From: a virus | DNA length: 64,000 bases | Direction: 5' to 3' (one strand) | IMG/VR virus record: IMGVR_UViG_3300031576_000037 | Span: 2,959-66,958 of that record | Shown: one piece after another, positions 56,807 through 64,000 of the stretch | How positions within the stretch are numbered: the stretch's first letter is position 1 | Layout: the number at the start of each line of letters is the position of its first letter | The notes under the pieces: generated by a model | Seen by the model: the letters and a program-made list of their open reading frames with translations, nothing else | Told to the model about the DNA's origin: nothing | The model's database searches: none | Translations under genes and position numbers: made by a program

Positions 56807-57472
56807 ATGAACGACATTCAACAGATCGAAGCCCAAAAGCACCGCAGATATTTTGCCATCGGTTTAGCCGTCGTCGGCGGCGGCATCGCCCTGGCCAGTT
56901 TCTCTTCAACCTACGCGATCAACCTCGAATCGTTCGCCGATTGGTCGGGCAATCTGTCGCGCGGATTGGCTCTATGCGCGTCAATCGGCATTGAGGTCAT
57001 GTTCTGCCTGGTTATTTACGCCATCAGCTACGCGCTCGTCGGCGGCCAGGAGAAGTTTCTCGGCGTGCTGTCGCTGGCATTTCTGCTATTTGTGATGGCC
57101 ACGAACTATGTCATTCATCGGCAGATCGTCAAAGGCATTCGGCTGTCGGAATGGCAGCAGGGATATTACGACTGGGCTGGCGCGCTGGCGCTGTTCGGCG
57201 TCCTACTGATCATCGTGCTGTTCGGCGCGGTCAGTTACGAAGCGCGCGAGCGGCGCGAAAAGCGCGAAGTCCAAACGCTGGCTGCGCGCCGGGCATTGGA
57301 ATGGAAAAAGGCTCTGATCCACTCTGAGGCTTTTACCGCATCGCTTGACGCGCACAAACCGGCAGTGCTGGCCGAAATGAAAAGACAGCTTGCCCTGCCC
57401 GCCGTCGCTGAGACAAAGCCAGGCATCGGCCTGGCTCCGAATCCAAAAGCAGGGGACGAGTCAAAAAACTAA
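56807..57472 (+). CDS. Four-TM membrane protein
   Basis: GGGAG RBS; four hydrophobic helices then a charged helix. Confidence 0.7.
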   Translation: MNDIQQIEAQKHRRYFAIGLAVVGGGIALASFSSTYAINLESFADWSGNLSRGLALCASIGIEVMFCLVIYAISYALVGGQEKFLGVLSLAFLLFVMATNYVIHRQIVKGIRLSEWQQGYYDWAGALALFGVLLIIVLFGAVSYEARERREKREVQTLAARRALEWKKALIHSEAFTASLDAHKPAVLAEMKRQLALPAVAETKPGIGLAPNPKAGDESKN

Positions 57473-57831
57473 TAGCGCCGCTGGGCACAACAGCCCCAGA
57501 GCAGGGAAGGGAAGGGCCCTTCCCTGTTGCATCGGCGGCGCACAATGTCGCACGCGCAACACACACTGCGCAGGAAGAAACTGAGAGCGGCAGACTGGAA
57601 CCGGCTGGCCGCGCTGATGTCGTTGTCGGCGCCGAGGGCGATCTTGGCGGTGATGGCCACGGCGAAGATAGCCTGCGGGTGGTAGGCAGGGGCAAGGAGA
57701 CGCGGCGGGAGAATCGGGGTGATGGCGGGTGGCAAGATGGGGCGGGGGCGGATCGAAGGGGGGATGGTGAGCGTGAGGCAACGCTTACAGATACCCCTAC
57801 AAAACGCGCTCCGGCAACGCATACAAACACC

Positions 57832-57905
57832 GAAGCCTGTAGTACTACAAAATCGCCAGGGCTAAGACTTGTTTCTGTCGAAGTCTGTAGTACTACAAAA
57901 TCGCC
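57832..57905. repeat. 26-bp direct repeat (48-bp period) with palindromic core TGTAGTACTACA
   Basis: GAAGyCTGTAGTACTACAAAATCGCC at 57832 and 57880. Confidence 0.85.
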
Positions 57906-58150
57906 GCAAAACACACGGCAAAAAGACCTTATCAACACCGCTAACAATCTATGGAAACGCCTACAAAACAAGCCGCCGAAACCGCCCAAGCACACGCTCA
58001 ATCCATCGGGAAAGCGGCGTATCGGTAGGACGACGCGGACAGGGTTTGAAATCCTGCGGCGTGCTCAATGTGAAGAATGCAAGATTGAAATCCGGCTGGT
58101 TGCTGGCTATATTAGCGCGACGCAAATGATTGGGTTAGGAAGGCTAAATT

Positions 58151-58423
58151 ATGAGACACAAATTGGCATCGTCAGGAACATCCTGCGCAAACGGCTCGCC
58201 TTCGTTGAGCAGCGCCTTATCGGTTTACGATGTGCCCGGTGTAGTGCTCGACGCACGGGAGCAGATCGCGCCCTTGCTTAAACACACCGACACGGATGTT
58301 CAAGCTATGGCGCGGGCCGTGTTCGACCTACTCGAAATAGCATTGAAAGCGATGGCAACGGGCGATTTAGGTGACCTAGTGGTCGCCGAAAGCGATATAC
58401 CTGAAAGCCTGGCTATTGTGTAG
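58151..58423 (+). CDS. Hypothetical protein
   Basis: ATG after GGAAGG; plausible composition. Confidence 0.4.
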   Translation: MRHKLASSGTSCANGSPSLSSALSVYDVPGVVLDAREQIAPLLKHTDTDVQAMARAVFDLLEIALKAMATGDLGDLVVAESDIPESLAIV

Positions 58424-58620
58424 GCGTATCTTTACTAATCGCGCGCTCAAACGCCGCCAGCCTCTCTTCCTCTGCGCGCTGCAACCGGGATTGACGTTCA
58501 AGCGCCGCCATCAGGGAAGGACGCATGCTTGCTATCAGATCAACCTTATCCTGATATAGCGTGGTGAACTCTTCAACCGAACTCGCCATCACCATCACGC
58601 TTTTAGTGGTCAACCCGCCC

Positions 58621-59344
58621 CATCCTGAGCTTGTTGGAATTCGTTGGCGAAAAGTGCATCCGCCTGTTTGCCCTGTTGATTTGCGGCATCCGCGTTAGCG
58701 AAGTGCAGTGTGATGAAATTTGGGGCTTCGTTCAAATGAAAGAGAAGACCAAACACGCCAAAGGCAAAGAAGACGATGACACGTTGGGCGATGCCTGGTG
58801 TTATGTCGGGATGGAACGCAACACCAAGCTGATTCTCACTTGGCATCTTGGTCGCCGGACAACTGAAGACACAGAGATTTTTACGGAGAAATTGAACTAC
58901 GCGACAGAGGGCAATTTTGAGATTTACACAGACGGCTTTCCGGCCTACAAAGACGCCATCATTCTGAGCTTGGGCACTCGCGTTGACTTCGCGCAGATCA
59001 TCAAGATTTACGGCAAGCCCGAAGGCGAAGAGCATCGCTACTCGCCTTCACAGGTGATCGAAATCAACAAGATTGCGGTTCACGGAAACCCCAATATGGA
59101 AGCGGCGGGAACGAGCCACATTGAGCGCCAGAATCTGACCATCAGAATGGGCAATCGCCGGATGACGCGATTGACGAATGCGTTCTCAAAGAAGTGGATC
59201 AATCTCGATTACTCTTACGCGCTGCATTTCTTCCACTACAATTTCATTCGCATTCACTCGACGCTGAGAGTTACGCCCGCGATGGAATCGAAGATCACTG
59301 ATCGTATTTGGACTTGGGAAGAATTGCTGAGGGCGCAGATTTGA
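58621..59344 (+). pseudogene. IS1-family DDE transposase, 5'-truncated
   Basis: QCDEIWGFV, YTDG, TSHIERQNLTIR, RLTNAFSKK, HSTLRVTPAM; lacks the Zn-finger/HTH present in the 61677 copy. Confidence 0.85.
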
Positions 59345-59359
59345 AGCGCCCTTGCCGCC

Positions 59360-61060
59360 TCACTCGAACAAGCTGGCCTGATCATTCCCGCCCGCGCTTT
59401 CTTCCTGAGCTTTCTTGAGCGTGATAGATGAAGGCGGCATCTTCACTTCCGCGCCGCTCAATAGCTCTTCAATGGTCAAAATCTGCAAGCGCGGATAATC
59501 CTTGTTCCATCCGGTCGAATGATAAAAGCCCGCCGCTGTCACCTCAGTCTTCATATCGCGGCTGGCCGATTCCAGCGTGATGAAAACTCCCATTGCGGCC
59601 TTCTCGCGTTCAATCGTGCCTTTCAAGTCTCGGATGTCGCCGCTCTTCACCTTGCCGCTTTTGACTTGCACCAGCAACCGCTTTGGCTTGCCGCCTGTGT
59701 CATCAATAAAGGTGATCACGCCGTCAATCCCTTTGTCGCTGCCTTTCTTGCCTTGTCTGCTTCCGGCTTCGCCGCCCAATGGGCGGGCTTTGATAAGCGA
59801 CAATGCCCACCACTGGAATTGATAGCGGTCATCCTGCGCGAGTTGTCGCGCTGATCCTAAGTCTTCAGGCTCACCGATGACTTGATAGTCTTTCTTCTCG
59901 ACTAAATTGAAGGCGTCTTTCAGCCGGTATTTTTGCAGCGCGATGGCCAAATGCGTCACGTCAATGCCAATCCATTTGCGCCCAAGCTTCTGCGCTGCGG
60001 CGATGGTTGTCCCGCAACCGCAGAAGGGATCAAGTACAACGTCGCCTTCGTTGCTGCTCGCGCTGATAATTCTTTCGAGCAACGCAAGCGGCTTTTGTGT
60101 GGGATAGCCCAGACGTTCAGCGGCATTCGCGGAGATAGGAGCAATATCAGTCCAGACATCCGGTATAGCCGCGCCCTCTAGTTGGTCTGCGTACCATTTA
60201 AGGCGCGGCGTTCCGTCTTTCTTCTTAGGCCAATAAATCAATCCTGCCTTGTCCAAAGCATCCAATTTATCTTGAACGGTGTCGCCTTTAATGCCCAGAC
60301 TGTCAATGATCGCTCCCGGCAATGCCCAATGCCTGCCCACTTTTGTTGGGTCAATGCCTCTCCACTGCTTTCCGCTTTCTCCGTGACGCACGCCCGAACC
60401 TGTCAGGGTGACAGGCTGAAAAAGCCTGTCTGAATTATCATCGGAACATGTGAAATGCTTGGCAATATATTCGGGGTCGTGCGCGCCTTTGATGTTTGTC
60501 CATGTGAATCGGTTATCTTTGGAATAAAAGAGAATCGTGTCATGTACCGGAGCAAACCGCTGCGCAGACCCGTGCGCGTGAGTGCGCTTCCAAATAATTT
60601 CATTTCTGAGTCGATCGGCGCCAAAGATGGAATCCAAGACAACCTTTAGATAATGGTCTGCCGTTGGGTCACAGTGTAGATATAGGCTTCCTGTTGGCTT
60701 CAGAACGCGATGTAATGCGACCAGTCGCGCGGCCATCATCACCAAATAAGCCATCATCTGATTTGTCCCGATGAACTGGCGTAATGCGCCAATCATATTT
60801 GAGATGCGCTCATCGCCTTCGGTCACAAGCACCTGATAGGTTTCTTCGGCCTTCGCGTTCCAATGCCATGTATCCTCAAAGGCTGTGATCTGCGCTTCGG
60901 CTTCCTTGCCGCTTTCGTCTTTGAAAAGCACGTTGTAATTGCGGTTTGAATTGAAAGGCGGGTCAAGATAAATCAGGCTCACGCTCGCGCTGGGCACATA
61001 TTGGCGTAAAATGTCCAAGTTGTCGCCGTAATAGAGCGTGTTCTTCCAATCATCTGGCAT
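59360..61060 (-). CDS. Site-specific DNA methyltransferase with C-terminal Mrr-like endonuclease domain (paralog of 1562..3193)
   Basis: LIYLDPPF, YPTQKP, LDPFCGCGT, DKGIDG..VQVKSG. Confidence 0.9.
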   Translation of the reverse strand: MPDDWKNTLYYGDNLDILRQYVPSASVSLIYLDPPFNSNRNYNVLFKDESGKEAEAQITAFEDTWHWNAKAEETYQVLVTEGDERISNMIGALRQFIGTNQMMAYLVMMAARLVALHRVLKPTGSLYLHCDPTADHYLKVVLDSIFGADRLRNEIIWKRTHAHGSAQRFAPVHDTILFYSKDNRFTWTNIKGAHDPEYIAKHFTCSDDNSDRLFQPVTLTGSGVRHGESGKQWRGIDPTKVGRHWALPGAIIDSLGIKGDTVQDKLDALDKAGLIYWPKKKDGTPRLKWYADQLEGAAIPDVWTDIAPISANAAERLGYPTQKPLALLERIISASSNEGDVVLDPFCGCGTTIAAAQKLGRKWIGIDVTHLAIALQKYRLKDAFNLVEKKDYQVIGEPEDLGSARQLAQDDRYQFQWWALSLIKARPLGGEAGSRQGKKGSDKGIDGVITFIDDTGGKPKRLLVQVKSGKVKSGDIRDLKGTIEREKAAMGVFITLESASRDMKTEVTAAGFYHSTGWNKDYPRLQILTIEELLSGAEVKMPPSSITLKKAQEESAGGNDQASLFE

Positions 61061-61182
61061 CGTGTGACCTCTGGTGAAATTTGCCAGATTCTATGTGTTG
61101 CTGAGAGTGGCGGTCAACGAAGGATGCGGCGGGTTTGTGGGATAAAGTGCTTTATCTGATTCGATTTGAGGGCAGATACCCA

Positions 61183-61207
61183 AGCAACACAAGAATAGGA
61201 CACGACC
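61183..61207. mobile_element. IS1-type terminal repeat (inner element)
   Basis: AGCAAC-N7-TAGGACA-CG-ACC; sits exactly where transposase homology stops. Confidence 0.7.
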
Positions 61208-61677
61208 CGCCTGCCGAGTTGATAGGCCAGCACAAGCTTCGATTCCGCTTCGATCCCGACGAACGTGTAAGCGTCGCCGATTTTTGGATTAGTTAAGTCT
61301 GCCTCTGTGACCTTGTGCCCTTCCTTCTTTTGGACAAATCCCCAAATTTCATCAGCCTCAACATAACCAACCGGAACATTGACGATCTTCTCTTCCATCA
61401 CCTTTTCACATTTCGCGCCAACCACGTTCAACAGATGCAGAATCGTGTCACGATGAACTTCCGCAATGCGCTCCGTGCTGCGAACTGAATTGCCTTCGAC
61501 CAACAACCTGAGGCAGAGCAGAACGGTTTTGCGGTCAAGGCGGATTTCCTTCTTTTCAGTGATGAAAGTTTTCGAGCAGAAATCGCAGTGGTAACGCTGA
61601 TTGCCGAGCTTGTCTGTACCGTAGCGGCGGGTCTTACCTGAGCATTGCGGGCATTGCGGGTTGTCATTGAAGGTCAT
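61208..61677 (-). pseudogene. IS1-family transposase N-terminal half, interrupted after LGRR
   Basis: CPQC..QRYHCDFC Zn finger, LVEGNSVRSTERI HTH, EADEIWGFV. Confidence 0.85.
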
Positions 61678-61754
61678 TTGTGAGCCCTGCCTTTCTCTGG
61701 CGATTGGCTCACTATTTGGTTGTTCAGGCCAGCGTGAGCAATTTGGAGGGAAAT

Positions 61755-62864
61755 ATGTCTGACAAAGCTCATGATGGTCTGAACAACCAAAACGAGACTG
61801 AGAATGCGGATGCGACAGAGGCAGCAAAAGCTTTATCTCGGTTAGGCGCTTCAAAGGGCGGCAGGGCGAGAGCGTCTCTACTCTCGCCTGAAGAACGGAA
61901 AGCCATTGCGCGAAAGGCAGTCCAAACACGGTGGGCAAAGAAAAAGGGCATTCCGCCTGAAGATCAGCAAGTATCAAGTTCATTGGACCAACCCCAAGAG
62001 GAGTCCAAAATCATGCCTTTCTCGTTGCCTATAGCCATTTTTCAAGGCAAGCTGAAAATCGGCGATGCCGAGTTTACCTGTTACGTCCTAGATAACGGGA
62101 AACGAGTTCTTGCCCAGCGCGAGGTTGTCCGGCTTTTCACCGGCCACGCGAAGGGAAATTTGGGGAGATATTTGGAAGCCCACAATCTTCAGAGCTTTAT
62201 CAATAAAAACGCGATACTGCGGCAGACGGTAAGGTTCATCTTGCCGGGAACCCGCCTTGAGGGCGATGGGTACGAAGCATTGCTAATTCTGGATATTTGC
62301 GATGCTTATCTACTGGCCAGAGACAAGGAAGCACTTTTTGATAATCAACTACACCTAGCTAGGCAGGCCGAAATCATCACGCGCGCTTGCGCAAAAATCG
62401 GCATCATCGCCCTGATTGATGAGGCTACTGGCTACCAGGAATTCAGAAAGAAGCAGGAACTTCAAATTAAACTCCAGGCATTTATCGCCGAAGAAATGCA
62501 GGAGTGGGCAAAAATGTTTCGAGATGAATTTTGGTTTGAATTGGCGCGCCTTGAAGGTGTCCACTACTCCCCACGCTCTAGGCCGTTGCGCTGGGGAAAG
62601 TACATTATGATGTTTGTCTACGACGCTGTAGACGGTGACGTTGGCAGGGAGCTGCGGAAGAAAAATCCCAATCCGCACTTCCTGAAAAATCACCATCAAT
62701 GGCTAAAGAAGTTTGGCCGAGCTAAAGTCCACGATCAGATTGAGCGGGTGATTACGATCATGAAGCTTTGTAATGACATGGATGACTTCAGAAAGAAATT
62801 TTCGAGAGTGTTCAAGAAGACGCCAACTCAAATGGGATTTGAGGACATCAGTTGGGGAGAGTAG
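61755..62864 (+). CDS. P63C domain protein with N-terminal KGG-like basic motif
   Basis: GASKGGRARA..ERKAIARKA..RW; ALIDEATGYQ; WAKMFRDEFW; HHQWL; GGAGG RBS. Confidence 0.88.
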   Translation: MSDKAHDGLNNQNETENADATEAAKALSRLGASKGGRARASLLSPEERKAIARKAVQTRWAKKKGIPPEDQQVSSSLDQPQEESKIMPFSLPIAIFQGKLKIGDAEFTCYVLDNGKRVLAQREVVRLFTGHAKGNLGRYLEAHNLQSFINKNAILRQTVRFILPGTRLEGDGYEALLILDICDAYLLARDKEALFDNQLHLARQAEIITRACAKIGIIALIDEATGYQEFRKKQELQIKLQAFIAEEMQEWAKMFRDEFWFELARLEGVHYSPRSRPLRWGKYIMMFVYDAVDGDVGRELRKKNPNPHFLKNHHQWLKKFGRAKVHDQIERVITIMKLCNDMDDFRKKFSRVFKKTPTQMGFEDISWGE

Positions 62865-62960
62865 GCCGGCTCACCGGTTAAGCTTTCAGGCGTCAGAACG
62901 GGTTGCCACTAGAAATTGAAATAGGAAATGGCGAATAACCGCAAGAAGAGAGAGGGGGCG

Positions 62961-63125
62961 CTAGCACCCCTCTGTTTTAATTGTTCGAGTCTTCTTTGCC
63001 GCTTTCTTGCTCGCCTTCTTCGCTGGCCTCTCAGCCGTCAACTCGCTTACAACGTCGAACGCCATTACGTTGACATCATCGTCTCCGCGCTTGCTTGCTT
63101 TGGTTTTCTTGGTGTTTTTCTTCAT
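62961..63125 (-). CDS. Small basic IS-associated protein (54 aa)
   Basis: Manual translation MKKNTKKTKASKRGDDDVNVMAFDVVSELTAERPAKK...; GGAG RBS. Confidence 0.5.
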   Translation of the reverse strand: MKKNTKKTKASKRGDDDVNVMAFDVVSELTAERPAKKASKKAAKKTRTIKTEGC

Positions 63126-63185
63126 ACTCCGACTATATCAAGTCGGTTTGATTTAGCAAGAGAGAAGCGGGCAATGCTGTTGCTC

Positions 63186-63210
63186 AGCAACTTTCTATTA
63201 GGACATTACC
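63186..63210. mobile_element. IS1-type terminal repeat (outer element)
   Basis: AGCAAC-N7-TAGGACA-TT-ACC; the reverse complement begins GGTAATG like IS1 ends. Confidence 0.7.
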
Positions 63211-63239
63211 CGACGGCCAGACGCTCAGCACCGAGCAGC

Positions 63240-63862
63240 GTCTCAACCCCTATCGGATTGAGCAAACATTTCTACTTCGTTGTCGCCCGCAACGGACGCA
63301 GCGGACAGGATAGTCTCAACCCCTATCGGATTGAGCAAACATTTCTACTTCGATCAATCGCGAATAGTTCGCGTAAATTCAAGGTCTCAACCCCTATCGG
63401 ATTGAGCAAACATTTCTACTGTTATGGAGTTGGTATTTGTTGCTCCACGCACAGCGTCTCAACCCCTATCGGATTGAGCAAACATTTCTACATAGTATTC
63501 GGTCTTCCAAGTCTTCTTTACTTCTGAGTCTCAACCCCTATCGGATTGAGCAAACATTTCTACTCAGCACAAAGGACAATGGAGAAAGAGACGAATGTCA
63601 GTCTCAACCCCTATCGGATTGAGCAAACATTTCTACTTGCCCGTGAGGGCGTGCTACCGCACGTGCGAATCGGGTCTCAACCCCTATCGGATTGAGCAAA
63701 CATTTCTACTCATCGGAGTGGTGGAAGCAGCACCTCAATCTGACTGATGACGAAGTCTCAATCCCTATCGGACTGAACAAACGTTTCTACGTGGCTTGCT
63801 ACATTGATGAGTCGGATCGGGAGCCAGTCTCAATCCCTATCGGACTGAACAAACGTTTCTAC
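63240..63862 (-). CRISPR. CRISPR array, 9 x 36-bp repeats and 8 complete spacers; no cas genes in window
   Basis: GTCTCAACCCCTATCGGATTGAGCAAACATTTCTAC at 63240, 63313, 63384, 63456, 63528, 63601 and 63674; variant at 63755 and 63827. Spacers 35-37 nt, one of 45 nt. Strand inferred from G-U pairs and the 3' GAGAC end. Confidence 0.96.
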
Positions 63863-63872
63863 AAGCGGGCGA

Positions 63873-64000
63873 AGGCCGGTGCGCGCTGGCGCCTTCTTTC
63901 CCAAAACGGCTTTCGTGGTGGACTGGGAGCGGGAGATGCTGCGGTGTCCGCAAGGAGTCGAGATGAGTTGTCAGCTTGGGAAGACCGTGCATTTTCCGGC
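63873..64000 (+). pseudogene. IS1182-like transposase internal fragment
   Basis: RPVRAGAFFPKTAFVVDWEREMLRCPQGVEMSCQLGKTVHFP with no start; runs off the window. Confidence 0.6.

Larger units (their letters stand above)
3248..58620. mobile_element. Tailed-phage genome (podovirus-like prophage/phage-plasmid remnant), both ends truncated by IS modules
   Basis: Contiguous terL-portal-scaffold-capsid-tail/ejection genes, no tape-measure or sheath recognised, small early genes. Boundaries inferred from IS junctions. Confidence 0.85.

Noticed and set aside
55293-58600. Complete DGR cassette
   Set aside because: No reverse transcriptase, Avd or AAC-rich template repeat seen in the window.
58600-58620. 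GGTCAACCCGCCC as a further IS end at the phage/transposase junction
   Set aside because: No partner copy or independent support in the window.
63165-63200. Degenerate terminal CRISPR repeat (CAGCAACTTTCTA)
   Set aside because: Better explained as part of the IS1-type end that aligns with 61183..61207.
63240-63275. Cas12a-type repeat because of TTTCTAC
   Set aside because: It lacks the TCTAC-loop-GTAGAT hairpin, and G-U pairing favours the opposite strand.
62928-63622. ORFs 62928..63527 and 63437..63622
   Set aside because: Translations of CRISPR repeats.
63276-63826. Spacers targeting the adjacent prophage
   Set aside because: No match found by eye; not exhaustive, needs alignment.
1-64000. 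tRNA, rRNA or cas genes
   Set aside because: None recognised by eye.

Overview
The window is mostly one GC-rich tailed-phage genome, probably a podovirus-like prophage or phage-plasmid remnant (~3.25-58.6 kb). A long minus-strand late block (~6.1-52.8 kb) carries terL, portal, scaffold, major capsid, adaptor/nozzle-like genes, a GNAT, a PAPS-reductase-like gene, a 3187-aa fibre/adhesin and a 3017-aa SLT-containing ejection/polyvalent protein. Plus-strand early-type genes flank and interrupt it (tyrosine recombinase, HNH, ArdC-like, FGE-sulfatase/CLec). I recognised no replication, endolysin, cas or reverse-transcriptase genes. Both phage ends are cut by lower-GC IS modules, IS1595-like on the left and nested IS1-like on the right. 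Each side carries the same cargo pair: a DNA methyltransferase-Mrr-like fusion and a P63C-domain gene. A 9-repeat CRISPR array without cas genes (two repeat variants) sits between an IS1-type end and an IS1182-like transposase fragment. The most notable observations are the recurrent MTase-Mrr + P63C cargo, signal peptides on several tail-module proteins, a covarying AGGCCAC-hairpin motif fused to two late terminators, a duplicated ~110-bp hairpin leader, and a DGR-target-like gene with no RT or template repeat in view. All family calls come from motif recognition by eye, not from database searches.
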